A stretch of DNA of 64,000 nucleotides from the NCBI GenBank assembly GCA_964016885.1, contig OZ024740.1, positions 377,084,001 to 377,148,000 on the forward strand, written 5' to 3'. Below the pieces are notes generated by a model. The model saw nothing but the letters and a program-made list of their open reading frames with translations, did not search any database and was not told where the DNA came from. Shown here one piece after another: positions 12,791 to 26,018 of the stretch. Source of the stretch: Eledone cirrhosa. Its lineage: Eukaryota. The number at the start of each line of letters is the position of its first letter. Position 1 is the first letter of the stretch. Position numbers and translations under genes: made by a program.

Positions 12791-13010
12791 TTAGAAAGTG
12801 AGGTTTTTTTTACAAAATGAAAAATAACCGAGGTGTCCTACACGAGTGAAAGTATAAAGAAAAAGAGATGAAATCGAAAATGCAACTGGAGTCTTATTTT
12901 TTTTTTAAATATATATATTTATTTGGTTCCTTTACCGGTTTCGCAGTTCTTCTGCTTTTCAAAAGGTGAGTTGAGATGGAGGGTCTGTGGTTTTTCTCAC
13001 ATCTGTAAAA
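12791..13010 (-). mobile_element. PLE-tail-like repeat (same family as 29494-29830)
   Basis: ttagaaagtgagg...aaccgaggtgtcctacacgagtgaaa...gagttgagatggaggg shared; (TA)n on both sides. Confidence 0.75.
12929..12966 (-). ncRNA. Hammerhead ribozyme, U3-A8 core variant
   Basis: CCUU UUGAAAA GCAG-AAGAA-CUGC GAAA CCGG UA AAGG; palindromic ACCGGT stem III. Confidence 0.7.
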
Positions 13011-13058
13011 AAAAATATATATATATATATATTTATACATATATATATATATATATTT

Positions 13059-13154
<96 letters not shown>

Positions 13155-13300
13155 GGGTGTGTATGATTGTGTATAGAAGATTATATTAATAAAAGGAATT
13201 CCAACTTTGTCTGATTTATTCGTTTTATTTACAATCCTTTAAAATTATAATGGTATTAGAATGAAATAGTATGGTAGAACATTAAATGTTAAGTGTTAAT

Positions 13301-13339
13301 TGAACAAGTACTTTCATGCTTTCGCAATCTTCAGGTTCA
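13301..13339 (-). ncRNA. Minimal type-I hammerhead ribozyme
   Basis: UGAAC CUGAAGA U UGC-GAAA-GCA U GAAA GUAC UU GUUCA; palindromic AAGTACTT stem III. Confidence 0.8.
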
Positions 13340-13951
13340 TATTCTGTGGTGACAGTCAAGTTTGCAATTTTCAACTGTAATGAGATGGGTAAATTTTATG
13401 CCTTATATACAGCGAAAAGTGGCTACAGATTGCTACATTTTGCAAACTGTATTTGGACCAATCGGTGTGTAGTTTCACTGGATTACTAAAGCTGATTGGT
13501 TTAGGCGTCACGGTTGGTTGAGCATGTCTAATGACTTCTATTTGACCCAATCCAAAGCATCAATTGTTTTGCTATTTTTAGAAATGATGAAAATAGCATT
13601 TTCAAGTAATCATCGCCATCAACATCACTTTTATTATTATTATTGTTGTTGTTGTTAGTGGTCGTTGTCGACATGGTCGTAGTCATAGTCATAGTAGGAT
13701 ATAAATCTATATATATGCATATATATATGATTAAAAGTGTATGATAAAGTGTATATTAATAAGAAGAGGGTATTAGAGAACATAGTTTACATATATCTAG
13801 AAGAGTTCACATTTTCCTTTATCTTCCACTCTCTTTCTCTCTCTTCCTCTCCCTCATTCTCTTCTTTGTGATGGTTTGGTGGTAGTAGCAGCTAAAATAG
13901 ATGTTGGTTTGTTCCCTGTTATTGTCTGACTGGTTATTGACTAAAATTGCA

Positions 13952-13952
13952 A

Positions 13953-14003
<51 letters not shown>

Positions 14004-14104
14004 CAGCAGCAGCAGAAGAAGAAAAAGAAGAAGAAGACGAAGAAGAAGAAGAAGAAGAAGAAGAAGAAGAAGAAGAAGAAGAAGAAGAAGAAGAAGAAGA
14101 AGAA
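13952..14104. repeat. Compound microsatellite (TAG)n(CAG)n(GAA)n
   Basis: Direct reading. Confidence 0.95.
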
Positions 14105-14334
14105 AGTGTGGTAGTAATCATAGGGCTATAGAGGGGGAAAATTCTGAAATTGGATTGTTCAGAATTTTTCCCCGCTATAAATTTAAAGACAACCCCACCC
14201 ACATTCGACGCATTAACAAAGAATCATAATTTATCACTAAATACGAACCCCGTTTAAATCCATCCACCACAGACGAAACTGCAAAAAGCACCCAACATTA
14301 ACACCAATGGATAAATTAAGAACGACATTATTTC

Positions 14335-14790
14335 CTACAGTTTGGTACATAACCTGCACCACCCACAGAGACCTATTTTCAGCTTAAGCTTCAAGAGGTA
14401 AACCCTCCCTCCGAATGGGATCCAGTCCATAACACATTCTGACAGCCAGGAGCTCGTGAGTATTCCCACTCCATCCAAATCTACATCTTTGTTCAGGAAA
14501 TTCCGACTATTTTTAGTCGGTAGCATCTAGCCTCCTCTTCTAGTTCCTGCTCCTTACCTGTAAGGGTTGTGATGTTCCAGTTTCCAACTGTCAGGATTTG
14601 CTCTCTTCCAAGACCCTCTTTGTGCGTCCACCCCATGCCTCCAAGGATAGGTCGCAGGTCCATCGCCACGTTTTGCAGCATGAAATGGGAATGCAATATA
14701 TTTTTCGAACAGGTCGCTCTACCTAAGGCCTGAACGCGCCCCTTGTTAACCCGCACGAAGGACGATGCGGTATGGGTTTTCTTTGTTTTC
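14335..14790 (-). mobile_element. RTE-clade LINE 5' fragment (APE endonuclease start); same family as 40000-41400
   Basis: LTVGNWNITTLTGKEQELEEEARCYRLKIVGIS; GVGIL; 5' UTR matches 40010-40200. Confidence 0.8.
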
Positions 14791-14819
14791 CTCATCATAT
14801 TTTAGTTTCAGCGGTATTA

Positions 14820-15025
14820 TTTGCACCACTCACTAATCTGGTACTTTATCAAACCATTCTTTAATAACCTGCCAATGAATCTGAGAGATCTATATGGTTT
14901 GCATGTAGATGTTTTCAAGAAACATCTCGAAATTCTGCTAAGATCTCAGATTCTGGAAGAATCTGATCAGATATTTACGATCCCTAATTCCCTAATTCGA
15001 TCCATAATTCCTGGAAAAATCTGAT
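14820..15025 (+). mobile_element. CR1/L2-group LINE 3' fragment
   Basis: PFFNNLPMNLRDL...VDVFKKHLE resembles the conserved LFNxLP..FKxxLD C-terminus. Confidence 0.55.
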
Positions 15026-15778
15026 CAGAAGCTTTCGACCTCGGTCCATACTGCTGGGGCCCCAAAGCACACATAGGCACTGACGACAACCTTTAGCATA
15101 CTATATAGCATAATAAACAAATACAAAAGATCAACACCACCTCTCACTTTCACAACAAATACAAAATATCATCACCATCGGTCGTCTCCACAAGCACCCG
15201 CTCACATATGCACACTTACAGGTAGGCACAAACCTACATACTTTCAAGCATATTAAGTGCCACATACGCACCCACAACATCTCCACATACACGCATTCTA
15301 ACTCCCTACCACTAGAACTCATCTAAATTAAAATACAAAAGTCTACGCATACTCGCGGATCCCAAATAACAATGGGGTTGGGATAATTGGGATTGGGGTG
15401 GAATCGATAATTCTGCTAGATTGTTTCCTTTGAATTTAAAAAAAAAATAGAATTAGTCGTTGAAGAACGTTAACCATCCTATTTATTTTATAACGTATGA
15501 GATTGCTTTAATGTTCTTTTTGTCATATATAATGTTTTTTTTAATATCTAAGGAGAATTAATTGTCTCAGGAATGCTACCATTTAAAATATAATTTCGCC
15601 AGTGATAGGCTAGCAAAATTTAATAAGCCGGGGTGGGACGAATATTCATGACTCGGGTGTACGCCCGTAAAATAAGTTTTAGCACATCAGCCAGTTACGT
15701 ATACAACAACCATGATTCTAATTAAAAACACGCACTCGAAACAACAACAATCATAGTACCGACCAGTGGTCGTAATAT

Positions 15779-15945
15779 ATTGTTTCTACTTTTGGCACAA
15801 GGACTGCAATTACCCCAGTGTATTACTGGTACTTTATTTTATCGACCTCGTAAGGATGAAAGACAAAGTTAACCTCGGCGGGATTTGAACTCAGAATAGC
15901 AAGGGCCGTAACTCTATGCGTCAAAGCATGGCGTCCGAGGGGGTC
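15779..15945 (-). mobile_element. SINE copy (9940 family)
   Basis: tgtttctacttttggcacaagg...ctggtactttattttatcgacc...ggatttgaactcaga. Confidence 0.85.
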
Positions 15946-16260
15946 TATAATATATTGAGAAACATAATAGGTTCGTTTGTTGACAGACATATACAATTTG
16001 TACTGGCATAACCGTAGCGTTCTTTGGTCCGGGAGTGTCAGAAAACCTTAGTGGCATAAGTGCTGGTTTAGTGTCTGCAATTAAGTTGGCTGGGTTTCTG
16101 ACCACTCCGACCACATAAATAGCGAACACCATGCGTACACGCACAAACACATACCCCAATAAATCAAGATAAGTAAATTCCATTTCCCCTTTACAATTCT
16201 TTACCCGCACCGCTACAACGCCACGGTTTTACCTACCCATCCCCACACAAGTAACGACGG

Positions 16261-16328
<68 letters not shown>

Positions 16329-16349
16329 CACACACGCTCATTCACTTAC

Positions 16350-17870
16350 TGTTAAATTGGCGGTTTGTTAATTGCTGTCGAAACAGCAAAAGCTCAGTCA
16401 TCGGGCCCAGACTCTTCCTACTATAATCACACTTTACTATCCCAAGTATAGAGTACTATGTTAAATAATGGTCTAACTAGTTTAATACCGGTTTCATCTT
16501 CACAGAGATAACTCATACAACAGTAGTAGACCACTCTTCGACCACTATCACACTTCTATCCCAGCGCCACCCAGCCTGTTTCTACATCTCGCCCAATAAC
16601 CTAACACACTATGCGACGACAAACTATCAGCTTCTCGATGAAAGACATTCCCATATCACCGAGAAAAATCTACTTAGGGACACTGATTAAAAAAATAGAT
16701 AGATTTATGAAACACTTACGATGACGCGCACACAGAAGCTGACCAGCATGATATATACGGCTATAAAACCTACAGGACACCACACCCGAACCCCTTGCTC
16801 TCGCCTTTCGAGGTTGACCTATTCAACCTGAAAGAATGGGTTAAGTTCAAACACTACACCAACCAATTCCAACAACTCCTCAATAAGATACACGAGTACA
16901 GAAGCAGCTACGACATCCTCGTGCACTCCGGCAAAACCGGCAACATATACTTTGCCAACCAAGATAGTCACCATTGTTTGATTATAAATAGCCTGACCGC
17001 CACTTACAGAAAGTCCAAACTACATATGATTCAGGAGATTAATGGTGAGGGACGCAATATCACCTCCAATCGCAGCCGCGTGATCGCACTGAACCCTTTG
17101 ACCCACGAGTTACTTATTTCACTCTCAAAATACATAAACTGTATTTTGACTGCAAGCCTACCATCCGGCTCATTAACCCGACGAGGGTCAGTAAAAGGAT
17201 CCTGATTAAAATAATACCCCGGGTCCATCAACGAGCAAAGCTCAGCTTATGGACTAACACAAAAGAGGTTATATCTTGGTTCCGAGGTATAATTCAATAT
17301 GATCAATATCTCAGCCACGCCTGGAGGCCGCGATTCATTAAGCCCGAAATATTACACCAATCAGTCATCAGGGAATAGACATATTCCACGCCAGGAAGAT
17401 GATCCTGTTCTTTCATAGCTCTACCGGGATAAAAAGATCTCCAAACTCACCTTTTGATGTTAGTGTGGGAGCAAACGACTCAGCGGAGGTTACATACCTG
17501 ATAGACTGTATATACTCCAGAAAATTTTAGAAGAATTCCCAGCTCTCGGAGGAGGTGGGGCTAAACCGTGACGACGGGCTCATAACCCACCCAGCAGTAC
17601 GGACCACATGCGCAAACTAAGCACACAACACACAAAAACAAGATGGTGTAGGACAGAATAAAGGAGCGACACAAAATAAAAACCTAGTCACTGAGGAGGT
17701 CACAGATTGTGTGACGAAAGAGCTTTGACAATATATGAACAACCACCCAGTTATCGAACCAGCCAACCAACCGGAAATTTATAATAAATAGAAGTGAAAA
17801 CCAACAGGTGTGTGTGTGATTTTATTAGCAACATAACCCTCCCAAAGTATAACAATATATATATAAACTT
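16350..17870 (+). mobile_element. Decayed PLE: 5' pLTR, broken RT, no GIY-YIG, 3' HHR tail
   Basis: SFSMKDIPIS N-terminus, SGKTGNIY, PFDVSVGANDSAEV, GLNRDDGL (motif C); HHR at 17687. Confidence 0.8.
17687..17729 (+). ncRNA. Minimal type-I hammerhead ribozyme
   Basis: GUCA CUGAGGA G GUCACA-GAUUG-UGUGAC GAAA GAGC UU UGAC. Confidence 0.75.
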
Positions 17871-20009
17871 AAGTAAATTAACAAAGAGAGGACAGGACAA
17901 CGAATGGAAACAAACCAAAACGAAAAACGAAAAACAATTTTTTAAGGAAAACCTTAAAAAATGATTTTTTTTTAAATAAAAATACAAACAAACAGTAGCA
18001 CAAAGATAATGTTAAGCATAAAAGGGATGTATATGAAAGTATATGCTATATGTTTATCTTAACTATAATAAAGAAAGGAGTGTGGGATTGCGTCCAGAAT
18101 ATATTTTTTTGCCCCGTTTGTGAAATAAGTTGGATTACTTTGAATAAATAATGAATGAATATTACATAATTTATGTGCTAAATTTCGTGGTTGTTGATTA
18201 AATATATTTTATAGCTTATTTAAACTCCTTTAAAATTCACTTCTTTAAATTTTTCAAATGTCAACACTTCCAGTTAGCGGCCGTTATATTATAACACTTA
18301 TAAAAATATCGCATATATTTCCGTCGCTAATTTTCTCCTAATGCAGTTTATATATAATATCGTCTTTATTTAAATGTATCATTGATTACGTTACTGATTA
18401 CAGAAGACAGTGTAACATAGACTTCGTTCAATTTCTGTGTATATTGTCAATTGCAATTTTATTTGATGTATCATATCTACATGCATATATATTTGTGTAT
18501 AATATCAATATACACACTACACATGCTAGCAGAAAACCACCTGTAGGGTGGTTTTTCTGCTACTATACAATAAACATCTGAGAGTCTTGTTATCAAACAA
18601 AATATGTATATCGAGTATAGAGCGTTTCCTTTCTTTTGCGCATGCATTTTAATGAAATAGAAACAACATAGAAATGTTAAACATACTTAGAATATATGAT
18701 TCATAGGATAGCCACAGAAAAGAAAACTAATCCCATACAAATACGAAACTTATCACCCCACACACACAAACACACAATATAAACCTTGCTTACTCCATTC
18801 AAATCAGAAATAATTGACAGGAAGCTCATACCGAACCCGATGGTGAAAACCAAATAAGTCATGTTTTATGGAATGCTTAGAAGGTGTTACCTCAGATATT
18901 TTATTGTTTGATTTCCTATGATATATCACTCTAATTACTGTTCATTCTGAAGCCATCGTTAACTGCCGACATTCTTTTATTATATGTTTCTTTATTATTT
19001 ATTAGTGTGAAATGAGAAACTTACTAACTTCAATAGCCAGATCTACTAAGGAAATATATTTATATTGGTTTTTGTGTGTGTGTTTTATATTATTATTATT
19101 ATTATTTCATGCCAATACATTGGTATATGATTAATGCACATAACCATATACGGGTTTCTTCTATAAATGATATTACAGAACTTGGTCAGCATGATATTAA
19201 AGATGTATGTAATATATGCTTCATTTCCTTCAAAACAACAGTTCAATGCCAAACGATAATGCGGCAATTAGAAGATTATTTATGCATAAAATGATTTTTA
19301 ATACATGATATTATTTTCCATTTGTTTTATGAATGAAACCCACACTATATTGTTTATTAAACGCATGGCATTTTCGCTGGAAGCAAATCCCTTCGTGTAT
19401 TCACGCGCACACATACATTAATATACGCATGGAAAACGCATACACATGCAACTTACAAGAACACAAACACACACATACGCACACGTAAATACGTACACAC
19501 ACAAAGGAAAATACACCACCTACTTTACAATTTCGAATGTATGTATGTATATACCTTTGAATTTGAGAGAGAGGGAGAGAATGTAAGAAACGCATATGCA
19601 GATATAACTGTAAATACAGTCTGTTGCCATAAATAATAGCTTATAAAATCATATAAAATACCCCTACATGCGGAAACGTGGCTAGCGATCGTTACGAAAA
19701 ATCGAACTGTCTTGCGGCCTGGAGTGGCATTAACATTTCCAGCAATGATGTTCTTTTTGTCTGCATGCGTACATTTTACACATATCAGCATAAAACTTCT
19801 ACTTTTCTGCATAGTTCGCTCGAAAAGTGTAATGGGTATTTCGGCTCGAATTGAGAGGCGAAAAATGATAGAGTCGGAGTAATCCATTAACAGGTTGTCA
19901 AGCCTCGCGATGATGAAGTTTCAGATCGTAAATTTGTCTTTCATTTTGGGGCTTGACAGACCAGTAAATTATATAGCATGTACCATGTTCCTGAAGGCTG
20001 CCATCCAGG

Positions 20010-20500
20010 TTAAGGCATCATTCTGGAAGGGCAGCCTCCAGTACCAAGCATGGTCCTGATATTCCAACAAGTGAGATTCAATTTCTGTTTTGTATACCTT
20101 GTGAGACAAGTATGTGCTTTTTTCTTGCTATTGTATTGCGAACACATTTGCAGGTGTCTGTTGATTGTGGTTAGCCAATTGGAGGTGGGATGGACTTTGT
20201 TTGAGCCACCTTTTCTAGGCACCTCTCTGCGTGGAACAAGAAGTGATATCACTAGAGAAGTCTTCTTGGTCGTTCAGAGTGCTGCTGAATGAGATTTTTC
20301 CATCTGCTGTTTCCTGTCCCTTCTCAACGCTGAAGCGCTTGTTGAATGGTCGTAGTTGTGAGTGTGTGCTTTGGTTTGCGCAATGGTTTATTAGGGAGCT
20401 TGTTGTCTGTGCAGTATTAGCTCAACACTTTACAACGGGGCTATATCTGCCAGAGTCCAACAAGCAGGACAGTCAGAACCTTGCTCAGTTGAGCAAGGAC
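20010..20500 (-). mobile_element. RTE LINE 5' UTR and APE start fragment
   Basis: QKLNLTCWNIRTML; upstream UTR typical of RTE elements. Confidence 0.7.
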
Positions 20501-20504
20501 ATCC

Positions 20505-21826
20505 ACTGCTACGGCCTCCATCCGACGGACATACACCAGCTTTTGTCCTTCACAGTGGACAACACGTACTTCACCTTCCACCACCACACATACAAACAGA
20601 CAACAGGATTACCCATGGGATCCAGCCTATCGGGCCTGCTGGCCATCACCTATATGAACCAGCGAGAATGCAGAGCCCTCAGCACCTGCCATTCCCATAC
20701 CTTCTTCACCGATATGTAGATGACATACTCATCCTTACATCATCCCGTGAGGAGACGGATAAAATATACACAACATTCTCCAGCATGGACGCCAGTATAA
20801 AGTTCAGCATGGAACACCCCGATGACCGCGGATCCCTATCCCTACTGGACTTCCAACTCAGGGTAACAGAGGAAGGCAACATTCACACCTGCTTCTATAA
20901 AAAAAAGGCCGCCAGCAGGGACCTGTTCGTACATTTCAGATCGGCCCTCCCAGCCGGCGCTAAGTTCGGATACATAAGGAACGAACTAACACGTATCCGG
21001 AACAAATGCACCGGCGCTAGAGACCGAGACACACACACCACACATTTCCTGGAAGTACTCAAACTGAACGGATACACGATATCCACCACAAACCGTGCTA
21101 GAAAGAACAGAGGACACCACAACCGAGGCACTAACACTTGCTTCCTGAAGCTCCCACACTTCAGTGACGAAACAACAACAGCCATCCGCAGAGCTATCAG
21201 ACGAAAGGGACTAGATATCCAACTGGCCCACTCAGGACCTTCTCTACGCGGACAGCTAACCAAAAGACACTCCACCAGACATGACAACCGCTGCAAGCTA
21301 GCCAACTGCCCCATCAACGACACAGACCTATGTCACCAGGCTTACGTCGTATACAGACGAGAGTGCGACAAATGCAACAACTTCTATGTAGGTAGCATCA
21401 CCAGGCCACTCCACATAAGAATAAAAGAACACCTCAATACTAACGCTTCCTCATTTAAGAAACACCTAGTGAAATGCAAAAACACCGACAAAACCATAAC
21501 AGTTAGGATAGAAACTAAGGAAAGAAACCTCGGTAATCTTAGAATTAAGGAAGCACTAATTATAGACAAAACACAACCACCAATCAATAATAGACTAGAA
21601 CTCAACACCCAATTTATAACTTGATAGAGCATCTAGCCCCATACTTACACCCCCTCCATCACACACGCACACACACACACGCACGCACACACACACACAC
21701 ACAAACACACACACGCTTACACCTCCACTTATTCTCTCTCACACATACATATACACACACAAAGACCAGTTCTAACACGAGAGAACATCTATCACCCACA
21801 TTTACGTATAGGCATATCTTCTCACA

Positions 21827-21867
<41 letters not shown>

Positions 21868-22198
21868 TTACACATTCACGCATTCTCCCACACACTTAAA
21901 CAGACATGTACAAAAAAAAACCTTTTAAAGGGAGACTACTCTTTATCCACCTAACCTGAACTCTTTGACATTAGAGATAGAACAGATACTCTATACCATT
22001 TCCTGTCAACATGACTTGGCAAGCTATTTAGAACACTGGTTTAACCGCTTTACTTCCCTCCGAAGAAGAGATATTATCTCGAAAATTAAGGACATTTAAA
22101 TAAATCTAAGGTAAAAGACTAATTGTCAACAATATCTTTTGCATTTGCATTTTTATTCTATGTCCATACCTGCATTGTTTGGCTTTACAAATTCAAAC

Positions 22199-22200
<2 letters not shown>
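20505..22200 (+). mobile_element. 5'-truncated PLE (RT plus GIY-YIG) with 3' UTR and HHR
   Basis: YKQTTGLPMGSSLSG, RYVDDIL, LSLLDF, VVYRRECDKCNNFYVGSITRPLHIRIKEH, LRIKEALII..PPIN; one frameshift near 20700; same family as 50775-53434. Confidence 0.93.
22057..22091 (+). ncRNA. Hammerhead variant (CCGAAGA core)
   Basis: CCU CCGAAGA A GAGAU-AUU-AUCUC GAAA AU UA AGG in the PLE 3' UTR. Confidence 0.6.
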
Positions 22201-22256
<56 letters not shown>

Positions 22257-22465
22257 CTCCCTCGCTCTTTCACACACACATATGCACCCTCATATATTCA
22301 CAATTTTGCAAAGCTACAAACATGTATCCATACAGAAACTGCTGTTCCAACTCCTATAATATCAGGTCATTTTTAAATATCAAAAGAGATCCCAAACTAA
22401 CCAAAATCTACAAGGATAGAGTTTCACAATGATGTAAATAATTCATAGATTTCATCACCACCAAA

Positions 22466-22691
22466 TTAACCCTTTTGTTACTAACCCACCGAAAACCGGC
22501 CCTGGTTCTACGCTACAAACGTAGCTATTTTAAAATGCTCATACTAATATAATCATAATTTTATGTAAAACATTTTTAAGTTATATTCCAAATACGAGCT
22601 GAATCATTATGAAATTTCGCAAAATCTTTTATTTTTAGTTGAAACACATTGTTAGTGTCTTTCATGATACGTAAAGTAACGGAATGGCTAA
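22466..22691. mobile_element. Degenerate TTAA-flanked MITE (piggyBac-like ends)
   Basis: ttaa-cccttttgttact ... agtaacggaatgg-ctaa imperfect TIRs. Confidence 0.4.
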
Positions 22692-23664
22692 CGAACACAT
22701 CTTTTTAGTTATAACTGACCCAACATAAATTATTACAGAATTTATACAATCTAAAAACAATCTAAAAAAATCATATTTTGAGAAGTTTTAAAATTCTTTA
22801 AACTATCTTATGTTTTTGGGAGGGTTCGGCAAACAGCATGTTGCTAAATATTGTCAACAATATTTCTAAAAACGATATAAAATCATTGTATAACAACAAT
22901 TAAGTAATAAATGTATGTCTGTGTATTGCAGCTATCACTTTGAAACGACGCGTGTGAGGTACCTAAAAAATTCTATGTAAGTAGCGTAGGTGGATGAAAT
23001 AACTGAATGGGTGGGAAATATTAACAGCTTTCGCTGAATATTTGAATATTTAGATTCAATGGAGCGGAAGATGAACGATAAGTAAACGATTGTCTCTGAT
23101 ACTACAAATCTTACGAAAGAAATATTCGTAAGAGATATCAACTTTATGTTTCTATTTATATGATGCTAAACCCACTTTTAAAAACGTCAAGTGGTTATAT
23201 GGTAGATTCTACAAGATAAATCCTAATGTATCCCATGATTTCTTTGTTGAGAATCTGTTTCACTATAACACGAAGAAATCTCGTTGACAAAACATTTTTT
23301 ATATATTATACGCAAGTATAATTCAACAGTAAAGTTCAACTGATTCATAATCGTATATTAAGGAATATATGATATGCTTATATATAATAAACTTATTTAA
23401 GTCTCACTATTGTCGTTTTAATCTGACAGGATCACGTAGAGAGACTTGTATATGTTTATTGCATATAAATATATCGTTTATCCCTTCAGATACCCGACTG
23501 AACTATTGAAGTGATTGAAAATATCATCAGCCGTTCTAAAGTAACAAACACTTATTAATGTATCCCTATATTACTATTTATTTACTCAGAGCGGATAAAT
23601 AGAGCTAATTGTGCGACATCTTAGTAATCTAAGGTATCCATCGACGAGTTATCGGTCCTATTTT

Positions 23665-23848
23665 AAGGGATGAGGTAGTCGATTATATTAACATCAATAC
23701 TCGATTTGTATGTTTTATTGACGAAAAAACAACAATAAAAAAGGTGAAGCTGATCCTGGTGGTATTTGTACTCAGAACATAAATTACCATAACTAAATAA
23801 GGCAAGTAACCTTGTCCAATGACCTACAGATTATTTCAACTCACCGCG
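23665..23848 (-). mobile_element. Old SINE copy
   Basis: agtcgattatatt...ggtatttgtactcagaac...caactcaccgc, a decayed match to the SINE head and core. Confidence 0.6.
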
Positions 23849-24725
23849 CTTCACTTCATGTAGCATCATCTATTCTAAAGAATTATATTAACGATTGTAT
23901 TGTGATTGAAACAAACTAAGCAGTAAGAAACCGAATAAGCATTTTTCACAATGTTTTATTCTTTAAATATAAAATTAGAAGCGATAATCATCCATATGCA
24001 TTGTTTGTTTTAAATGAAATTCCAATCCTAAAGATTTTTCTTTTTAATCTGCCTGTCCCTGACAAATGCTTAAGGTAAAATTGAATTCAGAAAATCAAAA
24101 TGTTTTAATTATTTCGAAAGACGGTAATTAATTCGTAAATTTAATCAGTATTTACAAAGAAGTAAACAAATTGTTTTATTGAGAACATTTCTTTAGGCAA
24201 AATATATTACAAAATAAAAATCTGCGACCATTGTCTCTAAATATTTTACATTATTTGAAATTAATTAAAAAATATATCTTCAAATCTATTTTAAAAAATT
24301 AACAGCCTTGATAATGGATTTATCAAAAACAGTTTAAAAGAATAGTAGGTTAAAAATGCATATTATATCTAAGAGTTTTCTAAAGTTTGCTAAAAATGTA
24401 ACATAATTAAAAACTAAAGCCAAGCTAACAGATCTCAAATGTATATAGTCTCTCACAAGATGTGGTCCATTGTTACGCACATACTTATTTTCTATAGTAA
24501 ATGAACAAGCGATAACAGCTTCAGACTTAAGTAGTTATAAGCCATTATTTTTTATAATTCTCGAGTACACCTTTAATTTTCACAATTGACTAATATTGAA
24601 GATTGTCAAGATCAATAGTAAATTCTTTGATAAGAATATTCTTTGATACGAATTTATTTACGAATTAATTTTCATTGAAAGATGGAATATTTGACAAATA
24701 AAGAATACTGTATTTTCTGAATATG

Positions 24726-24794
<69 letters not shown>

Positions 24795-24796
<2 letters not shown>

Positions 24797-25205
24797 GTAT
24801 GTATGTATTATGTATGTATACGTACATACATATATGTATACGGACGTACAGTAGTATGTATATATATACACACATGCGCACTTATATATATGCACGTATC
24901 GGTTTACCGAACATTTATTATAATGCTCGGTTTGTTTGTTTGTAAACAAACAAACAACCCGAATTACGCCGTACAGTGTTTAGGCAACCACGTCACCTTT
25001 TTTTCTTTCTGTTCAACACTGACACAGGAACGATGTACTGGTTTCAAGCTTATTAGATATCGTCAGCATCGTATACCTTCCTGCCAGATGGTTGAACGTC
25101 TGAAAGTATATACTTTCCTTATGCATATTAACGGCTGAGCAGCCTAATTTGCATATCGAGTGAGTTCAGTCGGCCGGGCACACCGAAAACGATAAATGGA
25201 ATAGA
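24795..25205 (-). mobile_element. Single monomer of the ~424-bp HHR repeat (retrozyme-like)
   Basis: Colinear with the 36859-37282 unit; HHR at 25031-25071: CGAUG CUGACGA UAUCU AAUA AGCUU GAAA CCAG UA CAUCG. Confidence 0.85.
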
Positions 25206-26018
25206 ATATAATAAAGAGTTGACGGACCCAGCATATTTATCAATGCCAGGGCCGGTTGTATCTCAGCGTACTCAATAGTTAATGTAAGATACATCCCAGA
25301 GTATACACAGTTATTCGCTTCAATACAACACACGTAAAACGGGTGCCTATAATAGTTCCCGGACTCGAGTTTCGGCCACACTTAATGCAGCAGTAGGGTG
25401 CACTGCACCCTCTGTCTGCATATATTATGCAACAATGCATAATCGGCACATGTGGCTTCATCACCGGGTATCGCCTAATCAATAACCAATCGATCGACAG
25501 AATCTAAACCCCAGCCCATGCCGGCTATAACTATTTGTGACGTTCGACACAGTGAAGTGATTAGCAACTGGAATCCGATACAATTCTGTCTCTCGACCTG
25601 CCACCGATTTACAAACTTTACGTGGTGGCGGGAGAATAGAAAACAAATCTTTTCGCTCCCGTCAAAAGCTCCCAGCTAACGTGTCTCAAACACAAATTAA
25701 TAAGATGGTGAAAAGATGGTTATTAGAAAGAGCAGTCCCACATCTATGTATAATAGAATGGTAGCATTCGGCTCATGTCTCCAAGTCCCATGGCTAGAGG
25801 AAAGCGATAGTAACAATGGTAGTGCCAAGAACCTTTAACGGACATTAAATGCCAGTATCTATTATGCAGCGATATATAGTAGGGACCTGGATTGCGGCAG
25901 CCACGTGCGTAAACCAGTCTATTTCACAACTTAAAAGAGTGAGAGATAAAACTAATAGCAGGAATTAGAGCACATATCAAAACAAAACACAATAAAAGAA
26001 GTGTATATATATATATAT

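Noticed and set aside
18526-18561. Small palindrome tagcagaaaaccacc...ggtggtttttctgcta resembling a Helitron end or terminator
   Set aside because: No matching opposite terminus; bacterial-type terminators are not relevant in this context
25205-25990. Non-repetitive-looking segment as a possible host exon
   Set aside because: No recognisable protein motif or supported splice structure; needs RNA-seq or BLAST
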